Shown here in pieces: positions 1 to 8,920 of a stretch of 32,903 nt of DNA. The number at the start of each line of letters is the position of its first letter. Within the stretch, counting starts at the first letter, position 1. Location: IMG/VR virus record IMGVR_UViG_2778261576_000007, one strand, 5' to 3'. Below the pieces are notes generated by a model. It had not been told where the DNA came from. It saw nothing but the letters and a program-made list of their open reading frames with translations, and searched no databases. A program made the position numbers and the translations under genes. The stretch comes from a virus (lineage: Duplodnaviria > Heunggongvirae > Uroviricota > Caudoviricetes).

Positions 1-1014
1 TTACTCTACTGTGGACACTGTGTGGACACTCTCGGCCTCAGTACCACCTCTTAGCGGATTAAGAGAAATGGCGTCCTGAAGGTACTCTGGCGCAAAATGA
101 GCGTAAACCATAGTTTGTTCAATCCGCGTGTGACCTAGTATCCGTTGTAGCGTGATAATACTTCCTCCATTAATCATGAAATGAGTGGCAAAGCTGTGCC
201 TTAGTGCATGTGTGGCTTGCCCCATTGGCAAATCCGGTTTTATTGCTTTCATTGTTCGTCTGAAGCGAGGGTAATCAGCATCAGGGAATAAAAAACCTCG
301 TTTGTTATCCGCGATCATTTTGGCAACAGCCTCTGAGATCGGGACGGTGCGTGGTTTGTTTGTTTTCGTTTTAACAAACGTGACGCGGTTATGGATGATA
401 TTTTCTGCTTTCAAACGAGCTGCTTCTCCCCAACGTGCTCCAGTACTCAGGCAAAGAATCGCAATCTTTTTATTGTCGCCGTCAAGAGCAGCAAGCAGTA
501 AGGCAATTTCTTCCTGCGTGAGATAGCCTGTGTCTGGTTTTTCCTCCTTAAGCCTTTTTGTCCCTCTGATAGGGTGCTCACCAAAGAATAACTCCGCTTC
601 AATCAGGGCTGTAAACATGCCGCTAATACATGTTAAATCACGATTGATACTCGAAGGTTTAATACCCTGACTTCTTCGGGTGGCGCAGTACTGGCTGATA
701 AGCGATTTCGTAATTTGAAATGCGCATGGGTCATTCGTTATTTTTGTGAAGATTTCAATTTTTCCAAGATTAGATTTCCCATGCTCTTCGTGTTTACCCT
801 TTAAATCCCACCAGATCTGTGTCAGCTCCGACAGACGTCGCTTGTCTGTTGGTTTTGATAGCCATTCTTTATTGTGGTGGTTGTACAACGTGTATTTCTC
901 GAAAGCGACAGCTTCGCTTTTCTTATCAAACTTCCTACGGATGCGTTTTCCATTACGTCCAGTAGGGCGGATGTCCACTTCATATCGACCATCATCGAGT
1001 TTTTTGATTGCCAT
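1..1014 (-). CDS. int: Tyrosine integrase (P2 Int-like, 337 aa)
   Basis: ORF 1..1014 on the minus strand. C-terminal catalytic region shows the tyrosine recombinase signature (ATHALRHSFATH ... LGHTRIEQTMVYAHF). Position at the prophage end next to repressor C; length matches recalled P2 Int. Confidence 0.92.
   Translation of the reverse strand: MAIKKLDDGRYEVDIRPTGRNGKRIRRKFDKKSEAVAFEKYTLYNHHNKEWLSKPTDKRRLSELTQIWWDLKGKHEEHGKSNLGKIEIFTKITNDPCAFQITKSLISQYCATRRSQGIKPSSINRDLTCISGMFTALIEAELFFGEHPIRGTKRLKEEKPDTGYLTQEEIALLLAALDGDNKKIAILCLSTGARWGEAARLKAENIIHNRVTFVKTKTNKPRTVPISEAVAKMIADNKRGFLFPDADYPRFRRTMKAIKPDLPMGQATHALRHSFATHFMINGGSIITLQRILGHTRIEQTMVYAHFAPEYLQDAISLNPLRGGTEAESVHTVSTVE
10..30. repeat. 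Tandem direct repeat TGTGGACACT x2 (period 11), putative Int arm-type binding sites (P' arm)
   Basis: TGTGGACACT occurs at 10-19 and again at 21-30 inside the 3' end of int. Related TGTGGnC repeats with the same 11-bp period occur next to the right att core (31312-31333). Confidence 0.5.
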
Positions 1015-1107
1015 CAGAAAACCCTCCGAGTGGTGTGTTTTTTGGCGACTACTAATCGCTTTTTTCGTGGTGGCTGAAATTTAGCCACCAATAGTAGGCA
1101 CTTGTGA

Positions 1108-1119
1108 TGAATATATTCA
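1108..1119. promoter_or_regulatory. Perfect 12-bp palindrome TGAATATATTCA between C and int
   Basis: The sequence reads identically on both strands. It lies in the 115-bp C-int intergenic region, just downstream of the C stop. Function unknown; a protein-binding site is possible. Confidence 0.3.
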
Positions 1120-1129
1120 CGATGAATTG

Positions 1130-1429
1130 TTAACCAGTCTTTTGACCGGAGTGGGGCGACGTTGTTTCGTTTTGCCCAAAGTGTGCGAGAGCGGGCGCAA
1201 TTTGCCCGGACTCAGGAGCGATCTGATTGGTCATGAACCATAAAGTGTATTTGGTGAATTGTGGGGTCTGCAGGATGTTCATCATGACATCTGTTGGAGG
1301 TGTTGAACGACCACTTTCATAGTAACTCAGCGTGCCATACGGAACCCCTGTTAAATCAGCAAGTTGTTGTCTGCTCAAATACTCTGATTTTCGCATTAAG
1401 ACTATCTTCTCGCTTATCGTGTTTGACAT
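1130..1429 (-). CDS. C: Immunity repressor C (99 aa, HTH)
   Basis: ATG at 1429 (minus strand). Helix-turn-helix segment LSRQQLADLTGVPYGTLSYYESG. Divergent from cox; the sequence matches my recollection of the P2 C repressor. Confidence 0.9.
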   Translation of the reverse strand: MSNTISEKIVLMRKSEYLSRQQLADLTGVPYGTLSYYESGRSTPPTDVMMNILQTPQFTKYTLWFMTNQIAPESGQIAPALAHFGQNETTSPHSGQKTG

Positions 1430-1543
1430 GGTGTTTAGATCTCAATAGTATTTAGTTTAGATGTAGATTGTTTAGTGCTTGGATGTGTGCACTAAAAGGC
1501 ATTATAAGGCATTAAACGCAATTCATGAGGGCTGGAGGACGAC
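1430..1543. promoter_or_regulatory. Immunity switch region (divergent Pc/Pe promoters with operator and Cox-box candidates)
   Basis: 114-bp AT-rich region between divergent C and cox. Contains direct repeats of TTTAGAT/GTTTAG (1434-1480) and AAGGCATTA x2 (about 1496-1516). P2 C and Cox are known to bind directly repeated sites here; exact operator assignment was not attempted. Confidence 0.6.
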
Positions 1544-1819
1544 ATGAGCAAGCAAGTAACACTCATGACTGATGCGATTCCTTATCAGGAGTTCGCAAAA
1601 CTAATAGGAAAATCGACAGGAGCGGTTCGTCGGATGATCGATAAAGGAAAGCTGCCTGTAATTGATATGACCGATCCACAATCAGCTTCAGGTCGTGCAG
1701 GTGAATATTGGGTATACCTTCCGGCATGGAATAACGGACTAAAACTGGCTTATGAAAGCCGCCCTAAAGAGATTCGTGACGGCTGGTTGATGTGGTTAGG
1801 TCTCGGTGAACCACGTTAA
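1544..1819 (+). CDS. cox: Cox excisionase / early repressor (91 aa)
   Basis: First gene of the rightward early operon, divergent from C; size and sequence consistent with P2 Cox. Confidence 0.88.
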   Translation: MSKQVTLMTDAIPYQEFAKLIGKSTGAVRRMIDKGKLPVIDMTDPQSASGRAGEYWVYLPAWNNGLKLAYESRPKEIRDGWLMWLGLGEPR

Positions 1820-1829
1820 GGAGAACCGT

Positions 1830-2000
1830 ATGAATGAACCTCGTTGTATTGCTCAGTTATTGCGTAACGAAAGCCCCAGGGCGATTGACTTCACCATCAC
1901 CCACGGTAAGGGGCGTAAGGGAATCATTATCCGCACCAAAAAACAGAGTCCGTTAAAAAAGGCTCTGACCTTTCTGAAAAGCCGGAGGGTATGGAAATGA
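1830..2000 (+). CDS. Small early-operon hypothetical protein (P2 orf78 position)
   Basis: The track ORF begins at a GTG at 1806. The ATG at 1830 is preceded by AAGGAG with 7-nt spacing, so it is the preferred start. The stop overlaps the B start. Confidence 0.55.
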   Translation: MNEPRCIAQLLRNESPRAIDFTITHGKGRKGIIIRTKKQSPLKKALTFLKSRRVWK

Positions 2001-2497
2001 CAGTGATGACGCTCAATCTCGTTGAAAAACAGCCAGCAGCTATGCGCCGGATAATTGGTAAGCATCTTGCCGTTCCTCGCTGGCAGGATACATGTGATTA
2101 TTATAATCAGATGATGGAGCGCGAACGGTTAACGGTTTGCTTCCATGCGCAGTTAAAACAGCGTCACGCAACGATGCGTTTTGAAGAAATGAACGACGTC
2201 GAACGTGAACGGCTGGTTTGTGCAATTGATGAATTGCGTGGGGCATTCTCAAAACGCCGTCAGGTTGGCGCAAGTGAGTATGCATATATTAGTTTTTTAA
2301 CAGTCAGTCAGCGTCGTACTTTATTTATGCATGCCGGATTGACTGAAAAAGAATTCAACCAGCCATACTGGCGAATTAATGAAGAATCATGTTACTGGCG
2401 TGATGCTTTATTCCGTGCATTACGTGAATTATTCAGCCTGTTTGAGTATGCACCGACAATTCTGACGTCGGTAAAACCAGAGCAATATCTGCATTAA
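1991..2497 (+). CDS. B: Replication protein B (lagging-strand synthesis / helicase-loader-like)
   Basis: Position after cox in the early operon and length about 166 aa. The start may instead be the ATG at 1997, which has better spacing from GGAGGG. Confidence 0.8.
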   Translation: MEMTVMTLNLVEKQPAAMRRIIGKHLAVPRWQDTCDYYNQMMERERLTVCFHAQLKQRHATMRFEEMNDVERERLVCAIDELRGAFSKRRQVGASEYAYISFLTVSQRRTLFMHAGLTEKEFNQPYWRINEESCYWRDALFRALRELFSLFEYAPTILTSVKPEQYLH

Positions 2498-2560
2498 ATA
2501 ATTAACCAGAGTTTTTAACGCACTTAATCGTGCGGGGCTTCTTTTTGCCTGGAGAAAGTC

Positions 2561-2785
2561 ATGCATACAGTTTCTGAAAACAAGTGCGGTAAATACGCAT
2601 TACTGCTGCAACAGGCCAGAGCCGAAGCACAGGCCGACGCAGCGACACGCTTTTCTTCTCATCTTGACGCCATGATTCGCCATATCACAAAGGCGGAGTT
2701 ATCCCGCGTGGAGATAGTCGAGCTGCTCAGTCAGGAGTCGGAAAAATTTCACAATATCGGATTGTCTCGCGGGGAGGTGCTTTGA
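2561..2785 (+). CDS. Early hypothetical protein (P2 orf80 position)
   Basis: ORF with RBS GGAGAAA; the stop overlaps the next start (ATGA). Confidence 0.7.
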   Translation: MHTVSENKCGKYALLLQQARAEAQADAATRFSSHLDAMIRHITKAELSRVEIVELLSQESEKFHNIGLSRGEVL

Positions 2786-3084
2786 TGTCCTGTTCTCATT
2801 CAGTTGTATTACTGAATAACGCCTTAAAAATCGCCGTTATGAAAAATGGCGATTTGTCTCTTATTCAACTTTGCCTTGATAAAGAAAAACGCGACATAAC
2901 TGAATCTGTTATCGCGATTTATCAGAATGAATTAAACCTCCTGTCTGATGTGGTCAATTTACTTGTTAAACGCGCTGTATTCCACAAGCAAATTTCCTCA
3001 GTGGATGAACTGACAAAATTAACGACAGAACTTGCCAGTTATTGCGCTGATGTATCCAGGCAACTTAACGATAAAAGGAGCTGA
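2785..3084 (+). CDS. Early hypothetical protein (P2 orf81 position)
   Basis: ATG at 2785 is preceded by GGGGAGGTG. The track ORF starts at an upstream in-frame TTG at 2782. Confidence 0.7.
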   Translation: MSCSHSVVLLNNALKIAVMKNGDLSLIQLCLDKEKRDITESVIAIYQNELNLLSDVVNLLVKRAVFHKQISSVDELTKLTTELASYCADVSRQLNDKRS

Positions 3085-3086
3085 TA

Positions 3087-3311
3087 ATGCCGGACAACGT
3101 AGATTTTATTCAGGAACAACAGGCTGAATTACTGGAGCGCCAGATTAACGCGGCAAGGGTAAAACATTGCGGTGCTTCTGCGCTGGTTTGCGAAGAGTGT
3201 GACGCGCCAATACCTGCAGCCCGTCGTGCGGCTTACCCGTCAGCCACGCGTTGTGTTTCCTGCCAGTCAGTCTTTGAAGCAAAAAACAAACATTACCGGA
3301 GAACGGCATGA
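3087..3311 (+). CDS. TraR/DksA-type C4 zinc-finger protein (P2 orf82 position)
   Basis: C-x2-C ... C-x2-C motif (CEECDAPIP ... RCVSCQ) in a 74-aa protein; RBS AAAAGGAG. Confidence 0.75.
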   Translation: MPDNVDFIQEQQAELLERQINAARVKHCGASALVCEECDAPIPAARRAAYPSATRCVSCQSVFEAKNKHYRRTA

Positions 3312-3583
3312 GTATTCGTATTGAAATTGGCGAACGTTATGTCGTTACCAGTGACAGCTTTCAGTTTATTCTCCACGAGAAAAAGAGAGCGGAAAGCGGT
3401 AAAAACGCCGGTCAGGAATGGCTGGCGGTGGTTGGTTATTACCCGAAATTAAGCCAGCTCGTTTCCGGCCTGATGCATCACGATATTCTGACCGGAAGCG
3501 CAAAGTCTTTTGCTGATTTAAACGCGCAGGTTGAGCAACTCAGCAGGCGTTGTTCAGAGGCTTTTGGCTCATATGGCCGTTAA
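3308..3583 (+). CDS. Early hypothetical protein (P2 orf83 position)
   Basis: ORF translationally coupled to its neighbours (ATGA overlap at 3308-3311). Confidence 0.7.
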   Translation: MSIRIEIGERYVVTSDSFQFILHEKKRAESGKNAGQEWLAVVGYYPKLSQLVSGLMHHDILTGSAKSFADLNAQVEQLSRRCSEAFGSYGR

Positions 3584-5852
3584 AGCCTCCGGGCGTTTTG
3601 TCCCTCCGTCAGCATTTGCTGCAGGCACCGGTAAGGCGTTTACCGGTGCTTATGCATGGAACGCGCCACGCGAGGCCGTCGGGCGCGAAAGACTCCTTAC
3701 ACGTGACGAGATGCGTCAGGTGCAAGGTGTTTTATCCACGATTAACCGCCTGCCTTACTTTTTGCGCTCGCTGTTTACTTCACGCTATGACTACATCCGG
3801 CACAATAAAAGCCCGGTGCACGGGTTTTATTTCCTCACATCCACTTTTCAGCGTCGTTTATGGCCGCGCATTGAGCGTGTGAATCAGCGCCATGAAATGA
3901 ACACCGACGCGTCGTTACTGTTTCTGGCAGAGCGTGACCACTATGCGCGCCTGCCGGGAATGAATGACAAGGAGCTGAAAAAGTTTGCCGCCCGTATCTC
4001 ATCGCAGCTTTTCATGATGTATGAGGAACTCTGCGATGCCTGGGTGGATGCGCATGGCGAAAAAGAATCGCTGTTTACGGATGAGGCGCAGGCGCATCTG
4101 TATGGTCATGTTGCTGGCGCTGCACGTGCTTTCAATATTTCCCCTCTCTACTGGAAAAAATACCGTAAAGGACAGATGACCACGAGGCAGGCATATTCTG
4201 CCATTGCCCGTCTGTTTAACGATGAGTGGTGGACTCATCAGCTTAAAGGCCAGCGTATGCGCTGGCATGAGGCGTTACTGATTGCTGTCGGGGAGGTCAA
4301 TAAAGACCGTTCTCCTTATGCCAGTAAACATGCCATTCGGGATGTGCGTGCACGCCGCCAGGCAAATCTGGAATTTCTTAAATCGTGTGACCTTGAAAAC
4401 AGGGAAACCGGCGAGCGCATCGACCTTATCAGTAAGGTGATGGGCAGTATTTCTAATCCTGAAATTCGCCGGATGGAGCTGATGAACACCATTGCCGGTA
4501 TTGAGCGTTACGCCGCTGCAGAGGGTGATGTGGGGATGTTTATCACGCTGACCGCGCCGTCAAAGTATCACCCGACACGTCAGGTCGGAAAAGGCGAAAG
4601 TAAAACCGTCCAGCTTAATCACGGCTGGAATGATGAGGCATTTAATCCAAAGGATGCGCAGCGTTATCTCTGCCGTATCTGGAGCCTGATGCGCACGGCA
4701 TTCAAGGATAATGATTTACAGGTCTACGGTTTGCGAGTCGTCGAGCCACACCACGACGGAACGCCGCACTGGCATATGATGCTTTTTTGTAATCCACGCC
4801 AGCGTAACCAGATTATCGAAATCATGCGTCGCTATGCGCTCAAAGAGGATGGCGACGAAAGAGGAGCCGCGCGAAACCGTTTTCAGGCAAAACATCTTAA
4901 CCAGGGCGGTGCTGCGGGGTATATCGCGAAATACATCTCAAAAAACATCGACGGCTATGCACTGGATGGGCAGCTCGATAACGATACCGGCAGACCGCTG
5001 AAAGATACTGCTGCGGCTGTTACCGCATGGGCGTCAACGTGGCGCATTCCGCAATTTAAAACGGTTGGACTGCCGACAATGGGGGCTTATCGTGAACTAC
5101 GCAAATTGCCTCGCGGCGTCAGTATTGCTGATGAGTTTGACGAACGCGTCGAGGCTGCTCGCGCTGCCGCAGACAGTGGTGATTTTGCGTTGTATATCAG
5201 CGCGCAGGGTGGGGCAAATGTCCCGCGCGATTGTCAGACTGTCAGGGTTGCCCGTAGCCCGTCGGATGACGTTAACGAGTACGAGGAAGAAGTCGAGAGA
5301 GTGGTCGGCATTTACGCGCCGCATCTCGGCGCGCGTCATATTCATATCACCAGAACGACGGACTGGCGCATTGTGCCGAAAGTTCCGGTCGTTGAGCCTT
5401 TGACTTTAAAAAGCGGCATCGCCGCGCCTCGGAGTCCTGTCAATAACTGTGGAAAGCTCACCGGTGGTGATACTTCGTTACCGGCTCCCACACCTTCTGA
5501 GCACGCCGCAGCAGTGCTAAATCTGGTTGATGACGGTGTTATCGAATGGAATGACCCGGGGGTCGTGAGGGCGCTCAGGGGTGCATTAAAACACGGTCGG
5601 AGAACGCCAAGTCGTCAGCAAAGAAACGGAAGCCCGTTAAAACCACATGAAATTGCACCATCGGCCAGACTGACCCGGTCTGAACGATTGCAAATCACCC
5701 GTATCCGTGTTGACCTTGCTCAAAACGGTATCAGGCCGCAGCGATGGGAGCTTGAGGCGTTAGTACGCGGTGCGATCGTCAATTACAATGAAAAGCAATT
5801 TTCATATCCTAGTGTAGATGAGTGGAGTGGGTTTTCTGGTTATTCAGAGTAA
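3573..5852 (+). CDS. A: Replication initiator A, HUH rolling-circle endonuclease
   Basis: HUH motif (PHWHMMLF) and tandem-tyrosine motif (AGYIAKYISKN) are visible. The preferred start is the ATG at 3573 (MAVKASGRF...), giving 759 aa; the track ORF starts further upstream at 3531 and overlaps orf83. Confidence 0.92.
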   Translation: MAVKASGRFVPPSAFAAGTGKAFTGAYAWNAPREAVGRERLLTRDEMRQVQGVLSTINRLPYFLRSLFTSRYDYIRHNKSPVHGFYFLTSTFQRRLWPRIERVNQRHEMNTDASLLFLAERDHYARLPGMNDKELKKFAARISSQLFMMYEELCDAWVDAHGEKESLFTDEAQAHLYGHVAGAARAFNISPLYWKKYRKGQMTTRQAYSAIARLFNDEWWTHQLKGQRMRWHEALLIAVGEVNKDRSPYASKHAIRDVRARRQANLEFLKSCDLENRETGERIDLISKVMGSISNPEIRRMELMNTIAGIERYAAAEGDVGMFITLTAPSKYHPTRQVGKGESKTVQLNHGWNDEAFNPKDAQRYLCRIWSLMRTAFKDNDLQVYGLRVVEPHHDGTPHWHMMLFCNPRQRNQIIEIMRRYALKEDGDERGAARNRFQAKHLNQGGAAGYIAKYISKNIDGYALDGQLDNDTGRPLKDTAAAVTAWASTWRIPQFKTVGLPTMGAYRELRKLPRGVSIADEFDERVEAARAAADSGDFALYISAQGGANVPRDCQTVRVARSPSDDVNEYEEEVERVVGIYAPHLGARHIHITRTTDWRIVPKVPVVEPLTLKSGIAAPRSPVNNCGKLTGGDTSLPAPTPSEHAAAVLNLVDDGVIEWNDPGVVRALRGALKHGRRTPSRQQRNGSPLKPHEIAPSARLTRSERLQITRIRVDLAQNGIRPQRWELEALVRGAIVNYNEKQFSYPSVDEWSGFSGYSE

Positions 5853-6056
5853 TAAACATAATGTTTTAGATTGGTTGCATAATGGTAAGGTTGCTGTTTA
5901 TCTGTATATGTTAATATGATTACGCTACGTACAAATAATCGACATTTCTTTTTTTTCTATATATTAATATTGATGATTTTACTGGTGGTACAATAAGTCT
6001 ATGTTGAAATTCGAGAATTGTATTATTAACAATAAAAACTGGTTCTTTTTATTATA

Positions 6057-6087
6057 CAAGGACCACCTCCTTAGGAGGTGGTCTTTT
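6057..6087 (+). terminator. Rho-independent terminator downstream of A, shared by the convergent cargo gene
   Basis: Perfect 10-bp stem GACCACCTCC (6061-6070), loop TTA, stem GGAGGTGGTC (6074-6083), then TTTT. It sits between the convergent 3' ends of A and the helicase-nuclease gene. Confidence 0.75.
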
Positions 6088-6092
6088 ACTGT

Positions 6093-8576
6093 TTAACGAG
6101 GGTTTCGCGTATAGGTTTCAACTATGTCTGATGCACGTAATTTACATGTGATCAATTGTTCTCTTATAAATATCTCATCGTGTCGTTTATCACTTGTACA
6201 AATGGCCGTGATAAAACTGAGGATAGATGCTTTAAAACGTTCAAGATCATTTATGGTCATTATTCGAGACCCTTCGTTTAGTGTTGCGGCATATTCAGGC
6301 ATGTTAGAGTGATGTATCATTATAGGTGTGGCGGTAGCAGTTTGATCATACATGTTTCTGAACCATGCACCCGACCCATTTAACTGATTGCAGTCATGCT
6401 TACTTATTCTTTCTGCGGTTGCTCCATTTTTGCATTCAATTACTAGATAATTGTTTTCTCCCATTGCCCATAAATTGTCAGGTCCTTTACCTGTATCATT
6501 TTCTGGCCGTTGGCTACGAAAACCGATCAAATATGCAACTTTTTCGATAGCATCTTCGAAGGGATTCGATGTGCCCTCGGAGAAAATAAGGTTTTCTATT
6601 ATTGAATTAGTATGCACAACGACTTGATTCGCCGATTCAAAATTACTTCTGAGATAGGAGCTACATTCCCTGGCCTGTTCAAGTGCCGCACCATTAAGTC
6701 TATTATATGTTACGCCGATTAGTGGTTTTAATACCCGATAGTTATCGTTTGATGCAGACTGAAGCAATATCTGAGCTTCAGATTTGTCATATAAGTTTAC
6801 ATATTCCGCAGCATGTTCTTTTAGATAACCCTTATAAACTTTGTCAGCTGTACTACTATCATTTTTTAGAGTTAAAGCGGCTTGTTGAAACATATTTCGT
6901 GATGCGAAGTCATATGCCAATCTTTTGTTTATAGTATGCTGGTCAATCTGCTTATTTTCCAATGTTAAGCCAGTCAATATACCTTTGCTTTTTGAGACCC
7001 AGTCAGAATTGCGTAACAGACAATAATCAAGAGCACCTTTGATTGAATCAATAGTTGTATCCGGCAGTATCGATACCAATTGCTGTGAAAGTTGAATTTG
7101 TGCTTTCGTTGCTGGAGAAAACCTTTCTAAGGAGGAGCCAAGGAAAACAGCGCCATTTAATGCTTTGCCAAGTAAGATCACTCCGCAGAAGTCGTCGCTT
7201 GATCTCACTCCTCGCCCCATTCCTTGTTCAATTTTCTGGATAATTTCATCTTTGGTTTTTTCGCTTCCAAGCAATAAGCTTTGTGAGACTTTATCTATTA
7301 GTCTACGAACGTCAGGAAGTCCATCTATTACTAATAGACGACATGCGGTATTTGGTAAATCAATACCATCATATCTATTAACTAGGACTACTAAGCCAAC
7401 ATGTTGTGTCCTTAATTCTTGTACACCTTGATAAATTGTATTTTTATCTAATATTCTGTCTGCAACATCTTGCCAAAATCTAGTTCTGTAATCGGATGGT
7501 ACAATTACAACAACATTATGTTTGGAGGATATCTCCTTGCACATAGCTTTGATATCTACATCAGAAAGACTAGGGTTTATAACCTGAGGCATTAGTATCA
7601 TTCTATCACCAATATCACCAATTGTTTTTGGTGTTATCGGATTAGAGAGTGATTCATCCGTTATTCCGAAGTGGCTCGCTAGAATGGATTCATCGACAAG
7701 AGTAGCTGTCATGAATATTTTTCTTCTTGCGTTTGATAGGCTTGGGATCATTTGGATTGGTATGCAATGAGGTGATATCTCTATTTTGGAAGCACTTACA
7801 ACGCATTTCGATAATATTAGATTGTCTTTTATTAATGGCCATTTGAAACTCAAGTCATCATGGTCTTTATTTTCTAACAAGATTGTCATTATATCATTTA
7901 TGCTTTCTTGCCATTTCCAAAATGGAACTCTCACATAAGCATTTCTATCGCCGGATTTTATCTCTAGTGTTTTTGCACCAGCTTGTGTCATTAGTGAATT
8001 TTCAAAAATTCTGAATAATTTATCATAGGCAGGGTTATTTTTTTGAATGCTAATGGAGAATTGTTCTTCAATTGAAGAAAGGCAAGCGTGAGCATCGTCA
8101 ATTATTATAGAACCTATTGGTATTTTTTGTCCATCATCTCCAACGCCAAATGCAGAACGTCCATTAACCACTTTGAATATATTTGTAACTAAAATTTCTT
8201 TACCTGCAATAAATTTGGGGGACCTCTCATCTTGAGTTACAGGTATACCAAGTTGATTAGCCTCCAAAACCACTTGCTCAACTAGATAGTTGTCAGGAAC
8301 AACATATACAGCGGGACCTTCTCCTTCATTTATACAGCTTTTAAGAATGATTAACCCAACTGAAGTTTTACCGCTTCCGGTATTCATTTTTATTACATTG
8401 GTTGGGCTTCTCCTTGCTTCATACCATTTTTCCCAGACCTCTGATTGCACATCTCGAGGGTATTGAAATTTGGTGTCTTTGCTCGGTAGAGCTGTAAATA
8501 TATCTCGTGGTGGAATCGCTGTGTCGCTATTTACACTGGGCGAAAGCTTGGTTAAATCAAGGAAAAAACCAGACAT
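6093..8576 (-). CDS. Cargo protein: SF2 helicase fused to a C-terminal PD-(D/E)xK-like nuclease (827 aa); candidate anti-phage defence protein
   Basis: Helicase motifs: I NTGSGKTS, II IIIDDAHA, III FMTATL, VI QGMGRGVR. Near the C-terminus, GPDNLW followed 12 residues later by LVIECK fits a PD-(D/E)xK nuclease. About 38% GC in a sampled segment against about 50-55% in the backbone. Occupies the old/tin position between A and cos. RBS AAGAGGA precedes the ATG at 8576. Confidence 0.6.
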   Translation of the reverse strand: MSGFFLDLTKLSPSVNSDTAIPPRDIFTALPSKDTKFQYPRDVQSEVWEKWYEARRSPTNVIKMNTGSGKTSVGLIILKSCINEGEGPAVYVVPDNYLVEQVVLEANQLGIPVTQDERSPKFIAGKEILVTNIFKVVNGRSAFGVGDDGQKIPIGSIIIDDAHACLSSIEEQFSISIQKNNPAYDKLFRIFENSLMTQAGAKTLEIKSGDRNAYVRVPFWKWQESINDIMTILLENKDHDDLSFKWPLIKDNLILSKCVVSASKIEISPHCIPIQMIPSLSNARRKIFMTATLVDESILASHFGITDESLSNPITPKTIGDIGDRMILMPQVINPSLSDVDIKAMCKEISSKHNVVVIVPSDYRTRFWQDVADRILDKNTIYQGVQELRTQHVGLVVLVNRYDGIDLPNTACRLLVIDGLPDVRRLIDKVSQSLLLGSEKTKDEIIQKIEQGMGRGVRSSDDFCGVILLGKALNGAVFLGSSLERFSPATKAQIQLSQQLVSILPDTTIDSIKGALDYCLLRNSDWVSKSKGILTGLTLENKQIDQHTINKRLAYDFASRNMFQQAALTLKNDSSTADKVYKGYLKEHAAEYVNLYDKSEAQILLQSASNDNYRVLKPLIGVTYNRLNGAALEQARECSSYLRSNFESANQVVVHTNSIIENLIFSEGTSNPFEDAIEKVAYLIGFRSQRPENDTGKGPDNLWAMGENNYLVIECKNGATAERISKHDCNQLNGSGAWFRNMYDQTATATPIMIHHSNMPEYAATLNEGSRIMTINDLERFKASILSFITAICTSDKRHDEIFIREQLITCKLRASDIVETYTRNPR

Positions 8577-8759
8577 TTTTTATCCTCTTACAGGTACATT
8601 AGTTTAATTGTTAACGCAGAATTATCATTACCATAACTTGCATTAAGTTGCATTACATTGCATTCATAAACGTTAGCTAGGGGCGAAGTCTGAGGTTTGA
8701 TGGGCTATGGTGTCCCCTTTAATACGAGGTTGCATCAAAACTGCCCCATGAAGCGGGCG

Positions 8760-8778
8760 GGCGAGGCGGGGAAAGCAC
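8760..8778 (+). other. cos site (19-nt cohesive-end sequence GGCGAGGCGGGGAAAGCAC)
   Basis: Exact match to the P2 cohesive-end sequence as I recall it. It lies between the cargo gene and Q, as expected for a P2 prophage. Confidence 0.75.
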
Positions 8779-8920
8779 TGCGCGCTGACGGTGGTGCTGA
8801 TTGTATTTTTTCAGCGTCTCAGCGCGTCGTGACGGCGCTTAGTCTGCCCGTTGAGGCGTTGGTGTGTCTGCGGGGTGTTTTGTGCGGTGGTGAGCGTGTG
8901 AGGGCGTGATGACAGGGTGT

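Noticed and set aside
3531-3572. Upstream extension of the A ORF (track start at 3531, 773 aa)
   Set aside because: The extension overlaps orf83 in another frame. The ATG at 3573 gives the canonical MAVKASGRF N-terminus, so it is the preferred start.
5916-5996. 26-codon ORF (MITLRTNNRHFFFFYILILMILLVVQ) in the AT-rich spacer after A, resembling a small hydrophobic toxin peptide
   Set aside because: No Shine-Dalgarno sequence; the hydrophobicity comes from a poly-T run in AT-rich DNA. Probably chance, though ribosome profiling could test it.
6124-7431. Small plus-strand ORFs (61-88 aa) antisense to the helicase-nuclease cargo gene
   Set aside because: They are open frames in AT-rich DNA opposite a long, motif-bearing ORF, with no RBS or conservation argument. 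The plus strand here appears non-coding.
8697-8909. 70-aa plus-strand ORF in the region between the cargo gene and Q
   Set aside because: It overlaps the cos site and the GC-rich packaging region, has no convincing RBS, and is Arg/Gly/Ala-rich as expected from chance translation of GC-rich DNA. Most likely non-coding.
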